Source: an uncultured Flavobacteriales bacterium
GTDB taxonomy: Bacteria > Bacteroidota > Bacteroidia > Flavobacteriales > UBA1820
Length of the DNA stretch: 64,000 nucleotides
NCBI GenBank assembly: GCA_902478645.1
Contig: CABSLV010000005.1
Location: forward strand, 20,892-84,891
Direction of reading: 5' to 3'
Translations under genes and position numbers: made by a program
Part shown: positions 8,900 to 17,974 of the stretch, one piece after another
How positions within the stretch are numbered: position 1 is the stretch's first letter
Layout: the number at the start of each line of letters is the position of its first letter
The notes under the pieces: generated by a model
Seen by the model: only the letters and a program-made list of their open reading frames with translations
What the model was told of the DNA's origin: nothing
Databases searched by the model: none

Positions 8900-9460
8900 C
8901 TACGACATCCCTATCTCGGCAGGCGAGACATACCCGTTGAGCAGCGCATAAAATGTAAGTCCCGATACGGTCTTGATCCCCGTTTTGGCCGAGATGTTTT
9001 TACGATGGGTGAGCACGGTGTTGAAACTGATGGACAACCGCTCGGCAATCTCTTTGTTGATAGCCCCCGAAACGACCAGACGCAAGACCTGTATTTCCCG
9101 GGGTGTAAGATTCTTATTTTCCTCACCCTCTCCTGTGGAATCGTGTCGGCCAAAGAAGCCTTTTATCACCTCGACCATACGGTGCTGATCGGCAGAAGTA
9201 TCGAGCAGGCATTCTCCCTCCTCCCCTTGGCCCGCACCTAAAGACAAGCGGACGAGTTTCCGCGCAACGATGCCCGCAAAGGAACCCATCGCTTCCTCTT
9301 CGACGAAATACATATCGTAGTCCTCGTGCCGCACCCATTCGCCCGAGGTGGCGTACAGGTCGATCTCCATCGGAGGGAAATACGAAACCAACAGGTTTCG
9401 CAATCCCCCGGCCCGCAGCGTGTCGCGGCAACAGATGGCTACCCGACGGATCCTACGCAT
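8900..9460 (-). CDS. LuxR-family HTH transcriptional regulator with degenerate receiver-like N-terminus
   Basis: C-terminal LTPREIQVLRLVVSGAINKEIAERLSISFNTVLTHRKNI. N-terminal VAICCRDTLRAGGL lacks the acidic DD pocket. The start overlaps the upstream stop by 8 nt. Confidence 0.8.
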   Translation of the reverse strand: MRRIRRVAICCRDTLRAGGLRNLLVSYFPPMEIDLYATSGEWVRHEDYDMYFVEEEAMGSFAGIVARKLVRLSLGAGQGEEGECLLDTSADQHRMVEVIKGFFGRHDSTGEGEENKNLTPREIQVLRLVVSGAINKEIAERLSISFNTVLTHRKNISAKTGIKTVSGLTFYALLNGYVSPAEIGMS

Positions 9461-10208
9461 CGTCTCTGCCGGTGTTTTTGCCCCCGCGCTCCATCGCATG
9501 AACCATCGGGATGAGTATCCGGTGGCGGATCCGCTCGTGCAGGCGCATGTCTTTTTCAAAAGCCGAAACGGCAAACAATACGGCGTAACACAGGTTCGGG
9601 TCGTACATCCCCCGCAAATGCCGCACCAATACGCTCTTTATGTCGCGCAACTGCTCCCAGCCGTATTCCTGATCTGCCGCACTCTTTTGCACGGGCGACA
9701 TTGGACGCAAGTCGGCCTGGGGGACGGAACGGCACAGACGGAGCACATAGGGGAAAAACTCGTCCTCATCCCGCTCCATCCGCTCGCAGATACGCGCCTT
9801 TGCCTTGGAAAACGCATCACCCACCAGCGCGAGCGCGGGGTTTTCCCCCCGTCCCGAAGCGACGAAACCCTTCAAATGCCGCTCGATGTTGGGCAACTGA
9901 AACCGGCGGTAATACGCATGGGTCTTGCTCAGGTAATCGACGATCTGTTCGGCGTGAAAAGCGGAGAACTGCTCCTGCGGGAAATACCCTTCGTTGAGAA
10001 AGGTATTGAGCACCATCAGGAAAAAACCGGTGTCGATACCCTGTCGGGCACATACCTGTTCCACGGAACTCTCGCCCAAGCCGAGCGGGATACCGAAACG
10101 ATCGAGTACCGGCATGAGAAAGGGATGGTCTTCGAGTATCCCGGCCAAAGACATATCGCGGTATATCAGCAGCATGTTTTTATGAAATTTATCGTTTACC
10201 CTTACCAT
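9453..10208 (-). CDS. Hemerythrin-like / ScdA(RIC)-like di-iron protein (putative)
   Basis: 252 aa from the internal Met MVRVNDKF. ScdA_N-like PFLMPVLDRFGIPLGLGE..VEQVC, then His/Glu-rich helices (THAYYRR, DEDEFFPYV, MRLHERIRHRILIP). Confidence 0.55.
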   Translation of the reverse strand: MVRVNDKFHKNMLLIYRDMSLAGILEDHPFLMPVLDRFGIPLGLGESSVEQVCARQGIDTGFFLMVLNTFLNEGYFPQEQFSAFHAEQIVDYLSKTHAYYRRFQLPNIERHLKGFVASGRGENPALALVGDAFSKAKARICERMERDEDEFFPYVLRLCRSVPQADLRPMSPVQKSAADQEYGWEQLRDIKSVLVRHLRGMYDPNLCYAVLFAVSAFEKDMRLHERIRHRILIPMVHAMERGGKNTGRDDA

Positions 10209-10261
10209 TCGCTGCTCTGCACAGTATCGTTGGTAGGCTTGCGCCAGAATTTCCCGGCGGA

Positions 10262-10269
10262 CAAAGATA
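10262..10269 (-). promoter_or_regulatory. -7 promoter box TATCTTTG (minus strand) upstream of the hemerythrin-like gene
   Basis: caaagata on +. 54 nt upstream of the ATG at 10208. Terminal part of the repeat. Confidence 0.55.
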
Positions 10270-10400
10270 GTGAAAGCCGAGAGCAAAGCCGCGAGGAGAA
10301 ACGAAGTTTTTCCTCGGAGGATTTGCCGAGGCGCATCCTGTCTTATCCAAAGACAGTAAAAGCCGAAGGAGAGAAAACGTTTTCTCTCTGAGCAAAGGCA
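10262..10400 (-). repeat. Dispersed copy (about 1.5 units) of the 86-bp repeat family, inverted orientation
   Basis: caaagatagtgaaagccgagagcaaag...gccgaggcgcatcctgtcttatccaaagacagtaaaagccgaagg is the reverse complement of the 6539-6801 unit. Confidence 0.85.
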
Positions 10401-10429
10401 ACGGCAACCGACATGTGCTTTACTGCGGG

Positions 10430-10472
10430 CAAAAACAATCGTCGGCCGCCCCAAAGGGCGGCCGACGATTGT
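10430..10472 (-). terminator. Intrinsic terminator after the hemD-like operon
   Basis: Perfect 17-bp stem acaatcgtcggccgccc/gggcggccgacgattgt with a 4-nt loop, followed by a T-run on the minus strand. Confidence 0.7.
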
Positions 10473-10532
10473 CGAGGTCGAAAGGATGTGTCCGAAAACG
10501 GAACTGTCCGTACTTTCCTTCCGAAGTCCCGA

Positions 10533-11279
10533 TTATTGTTTGTTGTTGGTCTTGATGTATTCCTGCAAAGCCATGGCCATCGAGGGAGCCTCGGGCGAGG
10601 GAGCCTTGATGTCCACCGTCAGTCCCGATCCTTCGGCTTCGCGGAAAGTCGATACCCCAAACGTTGCAATACGGGTATCGCCTTGCTGGAAGTCGGGGAA
10701 ATTATGGAACATCGACTTGATACCGGCAGGAGTAAAGAAAGCCATCACATCGTACTTCTTGTCTTTCAATCCGGAAAGGTCGGAATAAACGTTGGTATAG
10801 AGAATAACCCGATCCCACTTGATACCCAATTCGTCGAGTGCAGCAGGGATCTCCGGGCGCAAACTGTCCGAGGTAGGCATCAGGAACGTCTCGGTACGGT
10901 GCTTGCGGATGACCTTCACTACATCGTCGAACGTTTTCCCGCCGATGTAAATCTTGCGTTTGCGGTACACCACGTACTTCTGCAGGTAGTAGGCGATGGC
11001 CTCCGTCTGGCAGAAATACTTCAGGGTATCGGGCACCTTGTAACGCATTTCTTCGGCTATGCGGAAGTAATGATCGACCGCATTTTTACTATTGAGAATC
11101 AGCGCCGTATAGTTTTTCAAGTCGATCTTTTGCTTGCGTACTGCCGAAGCATCGACGCCTTCCACATGGGAAAAAGGCAAAAAGTCGATCTTTACGCCGA
11201 ATTTCTGTTCCAATTCATTGTAGGGAGAACCTTCCGTTTTGGGTTCGGGCTGGGAAACAAGAATGGTCTTTACTTTCAT
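10533..11279 (-). CDS. Uroporphyrinogen-III synthase family protein (HemD-like)
   Basis: MKVKTILVSQPEPKTEGSPY...KIDFLPFSHVEGV...KYFCQTEAIAYYLQKYVVYRKRKI matches the Bacteroidales HemD-like pattern. Confidence 0.75.
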   Translation of the reverse strand: MKVKTILVSQPEPKTEGSPYNELEQKFGVKIDFLPFSHVEGVDASAVRKQKIDLKNYTALILNSKNAVDHYFRIAEEMRYKVPDTLKYFCQTEAIAYYLQKYVVYRKRKIYIGGKTFDDVVKVIRKHRTETFLMPTSDSLRPEIPAALDELGIKWDRVILYTNVYSDLSGLKDKKYDVMAFFTPAGIKSMFHNFPDFQQGDTRIATFGVSTFREAEGSGLTVDIKAPSPEAPSMAMALQEYIKTNNKQ

Positions 11280-11324
11280 TTTTCTTTCTAAAAACGCTTC
11301 CTTGGGCGCGTCGAAGGTGTTTTT

Positions 11325-11990
11325 CTATCCGGCCAATGTGCGTTTGAGCATGCTCCAAGCCACAAGTACCGGGCAAATTTCGACCACGCAAAGATAAAAA
11401 ATAAAATAGAAAAAATACTCCGCCCGTCTGGCCAAATATTCCACCATCACAGCCACATATCCGACAAAGTATAAAATGAAGCCTCCCAGCAAGGTTTTTT
11501 TTTCAAAACCGTCCGGAAAAAAACCGGAATAGACTCCCAGAAAAAACAGGATCAATCCATACACGGCAAACGACAATTGGAACGCCGTTCTTTTCTCGTC
11601 CAACACCTGCTCCAAAGCCTTCGCCCCGAACAGCCAGGCCAGAAAACGGTCGATCAAGTGCCTCCCTCCCAGGAAAACGAGCGCCACACCAAACGTGCCT
11701 CCCCATCGCAGCCAGGAAAAACTTCCGCCGAAATACATCTTCCCCAGACAAAACGAAAGAAACAACGCAAAGGCAAATCCGAACAACAAAGAACTCAAAG
11801 CCCGATATGTGGCATAAGCCCGGGTATTCCGCTGGAGGGATGCCTCGGTCGAGAAATAAAACAAACGCCGCGTATCCCTACGGAAAAACTCCGGATAGAG
11901 GTATTCCAACAAAACGACAAACGCAAATCCGGCCAGGAATGCGAAAAACAAAAACGACCCTTCTCCTTGGACACGCGCGGTCTCTATCAT
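11325..11990 (-). CDS. DUF4271-like multi-TM membrane protein
   Basis: Polytopic membrane protein downstream of the GT39 gene (ATGA start/stop overlap) and upstream of the hemD-like gene. This neighbourhood is typical for DUF4271. Confidence 0.62.
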   Translation of the reverse strand: MIETARVQGEGSFLFFAFLAGFAFVVLLEYLYPEFFRRDTRRLFYFSTEASLQRNTRAYATYRALSSLLFGFAFALFLSFCLGKMYFGGSFSWLRWGGTFGVALVFLGGRHLIDRFLAWLFGAKALEQVLDEKRTAFQLSFAVYGLILFFLGVYSGFFPDGFEKKTLLGGFILYFVGYVAVMVEYLARRAEYFFYFIFYLCVVEICPVLVAWSMLKRTLAG

Positions 11991-13375
11991 GGCTTCACCG
12001 AAGGTTTTGCCCACAAGCTATCGGGTTCGAAATGCTCGATCCATCGCCCGCACAACTCTTTCTTGCCCGCACGGATGATCACCTGGTCGCTCTCCCCGTC
12101 GAGGAACAGCACCCGCTGCCCGCGGATATAATCCTTGATCGGGAAAATATCGTACTGGTTGCGCCGTCCCTGAGGACTGCGGGCGCTGATAGCCGGGCAA
12201 TTCGTGTAATACGTATACATCGAGGCCTTCTGGTAACTGTCGCGGAATACCACCGGCGCATCGCCCGCCACATCGTGAATGCTCCCGGCCCATTCCTTCT
12301 GGTGATGGTACGGCGTATCGAGTCCCGGAAGGAACAAGGCGACCCGCACCACGAAGATCAGAAAAGCGGAAAACAAGGAAGCCCCCACGAAATACCTCGC
12401 CTTCCTCTCACTGCGCAACACATAATGGAACGTAAAATACATCGCCGGGATGATGGCTACCACCGTCCAGTGCGGTTCCACATGCCCCTTGAACGTCATC
12501 AGGAAAAAGAATGCCAGAAAGCCCCAGAACAAAAAGCGCATGGCGCGAGCCATCCTGCCGGGATTCTTTTTCCCGCCTTTCCACACGGCCAGCACCATCA
12601 CCGGAAACAGGAACGGGCCGAAGACCGCCAGTTGGTTGAGCGGATACTCCCACGTATAGCGGAACTTGTACGCCTTATCGGCCGTACGCTCGTACAAGTG
12701 ATAGGACAGCGAAGGAAAATCGTGTTCCACCTGCCAAGTGATGTGGGGCACCAGCAGCACCAATGCCGTAAGGGCCGCGATATAAAAATAACGGTCGCGC
12801 AGCAGTTTCACATTGGAGGCTACCACCAGCAGCAACACCAGTGCTCCGTGGTACTTGCTGTACAACACGGCGGCCGCCAGGACACCTACCAGGATCGCTT
12901 TGAGAACATTCTCACTCTTGAGGAACCAGCGGTAAGCCAGCAGGAACAGGGATACGAAGAACAACAGCGGCCCGTCGGGTACGATCATGAATCCGTACAC
13001 GCTCACCATCGGGATGGACAGGGCCATCAGGATAAAGACATTGACGTACTTGTACTTGTCCTTGTGCTCGATCAGTTTCCAAACGGCGTACAGGAACAAG
13101 GTCGAGGAAATGGCCGAAAACAGCCGCAATCCCAACACCTTGCCGAACATCTGCATCCCGGCCCAAGCGAACATGCCCACCATCGGCGGATGGTCGAAAT
13201 ACCCCCAGGCCGGAAACATGGCGTACATGTAATAGTACGGTTCGTCCTCGTTCAGTCCGGAAAACACCCCCTGCACATAACTCAGCACAAACCACAGCAG
13301 GAGGAACACACGGAGTTTTTCCCGTGCCCAGCCCGCATCCCGGGTCGTAAGAAAATTCAAAGCCTTCATATCCAT
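11987..13375 (-). CDS. ArnT/GT39-GT83-like membrane glycosyltransferase
   Basis: 462 aa polytopic. NEDEPYYYMYAMFPAWGYFDHPPMVGMF loop motif typical of the PMT/ArnT family. Confidence 0.8.
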   Translation of the reverse strand: MDMKALNFLTTRDAGWAREKLRVFLLLWFVLSYVQGVFSGLNEDEPYYYMYAMFPAWGYFDHPPMVGMFAWAGMQMFGKVLGLRLFSAISSTLFLYAVWKLIEHKDKYKYVNVFILMALSIPMVSVYGFMIVPDGPLLFFVSLFLLAYRWFLKSENVLKAILVGVLAAAVLYSKYHGALVLLLVVASNVKLLRDRYFYIAALTALVLLVPHITWQVEHDFPSLSYHLYERTADKAYKFRYTWEYPLNQLAVFGPFLFPVMVLAVWKGGKKNPGRMARAMRFLFWGFLAFFFLMTFKGHVEPHWTVVAIIPAMYFTFHYVLRSERKARYFVGASLFSAFLIFVVRVALFLPGLDTPYHHQKEWAGSIHDVAGDAPVVFRDSYQKASMYTYYTNCPAISARSPQGRRNQYDIFPIKDYIRGQRVLFLDGESDQVIIRAGKKELCGRWIEHFEPDSLWAKPSVKP

Positions 13376-13397
13376 CGCCTGTCCTCCTGTCTTTTGG

Positions 13398-15167
13398 TCA
13401 GTACAAAAGCACCGTCCCCCTGTCGGGGGTATGCATCAGAATAAACACCTCGGTATTGACATAGCCTCCGCCCAGGTACTTGATAAAGCGGAAACGATCC
13501 GCCACCTGCTCGCTGGGATAGGACGTGAGCGCCGTCTCGTTGTCCGGTTCCACCGCCATGCGGGACAGCACATCGTAGGTAACATCGAATCCCACCAGGG
13601 AGTACGTCCCGGGGAACTCCCGGAAATGCCGCCGGAACGAACGAACGAAATCGTTGTACTGCGCCCGGCCCGTATTTTCAAACATCCGGTCGGCATAAAC
13701 AAAGCGTACCCGCGAAGCAGCCTGACCCTGCGCCTCCCGCATGAGTTTTCCGGCCGCCGTATTGGCCTCGAAGGCATAGACCTCCACCGGGTCCAGCCGG
13801 TTGGAGAGTTCCACCGCCTGATAGACTTCGGCCACGGTCGATCCGGTGAGCGAGGGGACGATCAAAACCGGAGAAACGCCCTGCCGGATCATCCCGCTCA
13901 AACGGGCTGCGTTCTCTCCCAGATCGGTATCGAGTACTTCCACCGAGGTAATCCCCCGCTGGGCCAACGCACTCTTCACCCGGGCGATGAGCGTTCCCTG
14001 CCCGGTGGAGGAAGCCATGAGGATCACCTTGCGATCCGGCGAGAGGTTGTCCTGAAGGTACCGCAGAATCGCCCGCTGCAAGTCTTCGGCCGGTGCGGAT
14101 ACCTGAAGGATATTGGGCGAGGAGACCACGTCGTGGCGCAGGGAAAGCGGAGAGACCACGATCGCCTTGCTGCCGCGAAGATTCCTGGCCGCCCGCTCGG
14201 CCACCTCGGCATACAACGGCCCGATCACCACATCGGTCTGCGAAAAATCGTGTGCGGCCATCAGGCTGTCTATCGTCAGGGTATCCCTGCGGGTATCGAA
14301 CACCCGCACTTGCGCCACCAAACCTTGCCCGGCGAGCGAATCGAGTGCCATGCGTACCCCCATGTAAAATCCCAGCGCTACGTTGGAATCGGCCAGACGC
14401 CGCGCCGGAGTTTCCCCTACCAGCGAATCGGCCCGATCGAGGTAAAACGGCAGGAGCACATCCACCCTCAATGCCCTGCGGACGTTCAACTGACTGGCCT
14501 GGTGCAGGGAGAAAGCATCATTGCCTTGCCGCCAAGGATCGTCCGGTACTGGCGGAAATCCCGTCAGTTGGTCCTCCGGTGCTTCGTCCTGCGGCTGCCG
14601 GAGGGGTGGTTCGGAACGGCGGTCGGTCTGCGAGGCAACTGACGAAGACGTGTCCTGCGGTCTGGCCACAGGGGGAACCTGCTCCGCAGGGGTCGTTTCC
14701 GGAGTACCCATCACCGGGATGCGGAGCGTCATCCCGATCTTGAGCACCGAAGTTTTCAGTTCGGGATTGTACTCCTTGAGCTGATCCTGGGTAATGCCCC
14801 ACTGCCGCGAGATGCCGTAGACGGTCTCCTTGGGAGCGACCACATGCGTAGCGAATTCTACAGGTTGCTGTACCACGGGAGCCTGCTGAACCACTTGCGC
14901 AGCAGCCTGTTCCCTCTGCTGCTGGAGCTTTTTGCGCTCCTTGCGCGAAGGGATGATCAAGATGTCGCGCGCACGGAGCTCGCGGGTCTTGTACGCTTGG
15001 TTGTATTCCAGCAGTTCCTCCACGCTCAAACCGAAACGGTCGGCGATGGTCTGCATCGTATCGCTTTTCTTTACCCGATACGTTTCCACCGCCTGGGCAT
15101 CGGCCGAAAGCGCCCACCCTGCCAGCAGAAACACCAGAAAAAATGTTCTCGTAAAAGATACAGGCAT
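13398..15167 (-). CDS. LysM-domain protein fused to a periplasmic-binding (PBP type 1-like) domain
   Basis: Signal peptide, two LysM repeats (YRVKKSDTMQTIADRFGLSVEELLEYN; HVVAPKETVYGISRQWGITQDQLKEYNP), a Pro/Gln linker and an ~350-aa PBP-like C-terminus. Confidence 0.75.
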   Translation of the reverse strand: MPVSFTRTFFLVFLLAGWALSADAQAVETYRVKKSDTMQTIADRFGLSVEELLEYNQAYKTRELRARDILIIPSRKERKKLQQQREQAAAQVVQQAPVVQQPVEFATHVVAPKETVYGISRQWGITQDQLKEYNPELKTSVLKIGMTLRIPVMGTPETTPAEQVPPVARPQDTSSSVASQTDRRSEPPLRQPQDEAPEDQLTGFPPVPDDPWRQGNDAFSLHQASQLNVRRALRVDVLLPFYLDRADSLVGETPARRLADSNVALGFYMGVRMALDSLAGQGLVAQVRVFDTRRDTLTIDSLMAAHDFSQTDVVIGPLYAEVAERAARNLRGSKAIVVSPLSLRHDVVSSPNILQVSAPAEDLQRAILRYLQDNLSPDRKVILMASSTGQGTLIARVKSALAQRGITSVEVLDTDLGENAARLSGMIRQGVSPVLIVPSLTGSTVAEVYQAVELSNRLDPVEVYAFEANTAAGKLMREAQGQAASRVRFVYADRMFENTGRAQYNDFVRSFRRHFREFPGTYSLVGFDVTYDVLSRMAVEPDNETALTSYPSEQVADRFRFIKYLGGGYVNTEVFILMHTPDRGTVLLY

Positions 15168-15203
15168 ATATCCGTTGATTTTCTTGTTTACTTTCTACCC
15201 TTG

Positions 15204-15425
15204 CTACGACTGCACAGCACGACCTTGACGGTCGGAGTCGTTTCCCCTGCGGGGAAAACGCCCCGCCAGCACTCCCAGAAACAAGCCCAGAAGCAGCCCG
15301 AGTGGGATATTGCCGATCGCTGCCCCGAGAAGCAGCCCCAGGGCTATCCCCAACGACAAATAACGACCGACCTCCCGCCCCGAAGGCCGGGAAACGCCGT
15401 CTCCTTTCTGAGGAATATCGTCCAT
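15204..15425 (-). CDS. Small glycine-zipper membrane protein (hypothetical)
   Basis: GIALGLLLGAAIGNIPLGLLLGLFLGVLAG TM pair, located between guaA and the LysM gene. Coding status is uncertain. Confidence 0.35.
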   Translation of the reverse strand: MDDIPQKGDGVSRPSGREVGRYLSLGIALGLLLGAAIGNIPLGLLLGLFLGVLAGRFPRRGNDSDRQGRAVQS

Positions 15426-15477
15426 TGCGTGCCTAACTTTCTTCGTCAAAATGCTGTGTCGGATCGCCTCCCGGGGA

Positions 15478-17004
15478 TCATTCCCATTCGATGGTGGCCG
15501 GCGGTTTGGAACTGATGTCGTACACCACGCGGTTCACGCCCTTGACCTTGTTGATGATGTCGTTCGATACCTTGGCCAGGAACTCGTACGGCAAGTGCGA
15601 CCAGTCGGCCGTCATGCCGTCGGTGGATTCCACTGCCCGCAAAGCCACGACCCGCTCGTAGGTGCGTTCGTCGCCCATCACGCCTACCGACTGAACGGGG
15701 AGCAGGATTGCACCCGCCTGCCATACTTTCTTGTAGAGTCCCCACTGACGCAGCGCGGAGATAAAAATGTCGTCCACATCCTGCAGGATCCGCACCTTCT
15801 CCGGCGTAATATCGCCCAGGATGCGGATGGCCAACCCCGGTCCGGGGAACGGATGGCGCGAGAGGAGTTCGTCGGGGATACCCAAAGTCGCTCCCACGCG
15901 GCGCACTTCGTCCTTGAAGAGGGTACGGAGCGGCTCGACCACCTTGAGTTTCATGTAGGCCGGCAACCCGCCCACGTTGTGGTGGCTCTTGATGGTGGCC
16001 GAAGGTCCCTTGACCGAGCAGGATTCGATCACATCAGGGTAAATGGTCCCCTGTGCCAACCACCGGGCATCCTTGATCTTGGCCGCCTCGGCGTCGAACA
16101 CATCGATGAACGACGCCCCGATGGCCTTGCGCTTCTTTTCAGGATCGGTAACCCCGGCCAAAACCTTGTAAAAACGCTCGCTGGCATCCACACCCACGAT
16201 ATTGAGCCCCATGTCCTTGTATTGGGCCAGGACGCTTTCGTATTCGTTCTTGCGCAGCAGACCGTTGTTGACAAAGATGCAGGTGAGCCGATCCCCGATG
16301 GCCCGTGAGAGCAGTACCCCGGCCACTGTCGAATCCACACCTCCCGAGAGTCCCAACACGACCTTGTCCTGCCCGAGGGTCTCGCGCAGGGATGCGATGG
16401 TGGTCTCCACGAACGAATCGGGCGTCCAGTCCTGTTTCAGGCCGGCTACCCCTACCAGGAAATTGCGCAGAAGCTGCGTGCCGTGCTCCGAGTGGTACAC
16501 CTCGGGGTGGAACTGTATGCCGTAGGTCTTCTCGCCCTCGATCTTGTAGGCAGCTACCGCCACATCGGCCGTGGAAGCGATGATGCGGAAACCCTGGGGA
16601 AGCTGCTGGATGGTGTCTCCGTGGCTCATCCACACTTGCGTACCGACGGGGATGTCCTTGAGCAGCGGCTCGTCCGGGTCGATCTGCACGATATTGGCCC
16701 GGCCATACTCGCGCACCTGGCTGGGAAGGACCTCCCCTCCCGCGCAGTAGGCGAGGTACTGGGCGCCGTAGCACACCCCGAGCAAGGGGAAGCGGCCGCG
16801 AAAGAGCGAAAGATCCACCTGAGGAGCATCGTCCTGACGCACCGACGAGGGACTTCCGCTAAGGATCACCGCACCGAAAGCCGACAGGTCGGGCACTTTG
16901 TTGAAGGGATGGATCTCGCAATAGATATTGAGTTCGCGCACCCGACGGGCGATGAGTTGCGTGTACTGCGAACCGAAATCGAGGATCAGAACTTTGTTCT
17001 CCAT
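15478..17004 (-). CDS. guaA: GMP synthase (glutamine-hydrolysing)
   Basis: 508 aa. GATase GVCYGAQ, ATP-PPase LSGGVDS, conserved C-terminal ...PPATIEWE. Confidence 0.97.
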   Translation of the reverse strand: MENKVLILDFGSQYTQLIARRVRELNIYCEIHPFNKVPDLSAFGAVILSGSPSSVRQDDAPQVDLSLFRGRFPLLGVCYGAQYLAYCAGGEVLPSQVREYGRANIVQIDPDEPLLKDIPVGTQVWMSHGDTIQQLPQGFRIIASTADVAVAAYKIEGEKTYGIQFHPEVYHSEHGTQLLRNFLVGVAGLKQDWTPDSFVETTIASLRETLGQDKVVLGLSGGVDSTVAGVLLSRAIGDRLTCIFVNNGLLRKNEYESVLAQYKDMGLNIVGVDASERFYKVLAGVTDPEKKRKAIGASFIDVFDAEAAKIKDARWLAQGTIYPDVIESCSVKGPSATIKSHHNVGGLPAYMKLKVVEPLRTLFKDEVRRVGATLGIPDELLSRHPFPGPGLAIRILGDITPEKVRILQDVDDIFISALRQWGLYKKVWQAGAILLPVQSVGVMGDERTYERVVALRAVESTDGMTADWSHLPYEFLAKVSNDIINKVKGVNRVVYDISSKPPATIEWE

Positions 17005-17058
17005 GTAATTGTCTTGGTATTTATTGCTTTGTTATTCTTCCTTGGTGTTTGTCCTTCT

Positions 17059-17808
17059 TCATTGCAGGTAATCGGCTATCTGGAACCGTACGCGCATCCG
17101 GTAATGCAATTTGATCTTGACCGTACTTTCGTCCTGAAGACTGCCTTCGCCTTCGGCCGAAGAGAGCATCGTCAGGTTGCTTTCCAAGTATTGCGTCGGC
17201 TGGAAAGCATTGTTTTCATCCGGTTCGACGATAAAGAGAATATCCCCCAGACGCTTCCCGACCGCTTCGAGCAGGTACTGGGCTTTCTCCCGGGCCGCCT
17301 GCAAAGCGAGGATCTTGCCTTCTTCGCGATACTGGGCTATGTCCTTGTTTTTGAGTTCGGCGATCTGGAACGACTCTATCCCGCGCAGATTGCCCGCGCG
17401 CAGGATTCGGTTGACGGTAGCAAAATCGAACACCCGCACCTGGTATTGTTTTCCCATCAGGAAATCTCGTCCCCGTTCACGCCAGGACTCTCCCACATCC
17501 TGCACGGAGATGTCCTCCTGGCGCACACCCGCAGCGATCAGAGCCCGGGTTACCTGCGTCTCGATACGTTCCAAGGGGACCTTGGTGCGGTAATCCTCGG
17601 GCTTGGAACGGCGGTCGAATTCCTCCTCCCAGTACTCCCGGATATAGATCGAGAGAATGATTTCGTCCGGATCGACTTCGAGTTCCGAAGAGCCGGTTAC
17701 CTCGATGTAACGCACCGGAGGGATGCCGTCTGTCGGCGAGAACGTCTGTGCCGCGGCCGGCCATGCGACCCAAACCGACAAAAACAAAGACAAAACCAAA
17801 GTTTTCAT
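17059..17808 (-). CDS. SIMPL/DUF541 domain periplasmic protein
   Basis: The internal Met gives signal peptide MKTLVLSLFLSVWVAWPAAAQ. IEVTGSSELEVDPDEIILSI start is typical of SIMPL. Confidence 0.75.
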   Translation of the reverse strand: MKTLVLSLFLSVWVAWPAAAQTFSPTDGIPPVRYIEVTGSSELEVDPDEIILSIYIREYWEEEFDRRSKPEDYRTKVPLERIETQVTRALIAAGVRQEDISVQDVGESWRERGRDFLMGKQYQVRVFDFATVNRILRAGNLRGIESFQIAELKNKDIAQYREEGKILALQAAREKAQYLLEAVGKRLGDILFIVEPDENNAFQPTQYLESNLTMLSSAEGEGSLQDESTVKIKLHYRMRVRFQIADYLQ

Positions 17809-17937
17809 ATCGCTTCTCTTTTTTGTTCCTTCCTGTTTGTGTCTCTCCTTGCCTGCGTTTCTCTCTTCCTTCCTTGCTCTTTTTCCTGCATCCCGTTTTT
17901 CTGTCCTCCTGCCTCGTTCTTCCCCGGTGTTCCTTGT
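17809..17937 (-). other. Polypurine (GA-rich) 5' leader tract upstream of the SIMPL gene
   Basis: By hand count the + strand is about 85% pyrimidine with a single A over ~127 nt, so the mRNA-sense strand is G/A-rich and nearly U-free. Confidence 0.6.
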
Positions 17938-17974
17938 CAAAGGCTCGGGGCAAAAGCAAATGGAGATCGAGGGA

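Noticed and set aside
17809-17940. Lys/Glu/Arg/Gly-rich N-terminal extensions suggested by the ORF track for the SIMPL, PRT, thioesterase and MBL genes (e.g. MTRNTGEERGRRTEKRDAGKRARKEERNAGKERHKQEGTKKRSD)
   Set aside because: These are translations of polypurine leaders. Each gene has an internal Met followed by a canonical N-terminus (a signal peptide or a conserved first strand). Several extensions start at non-ATG codons.
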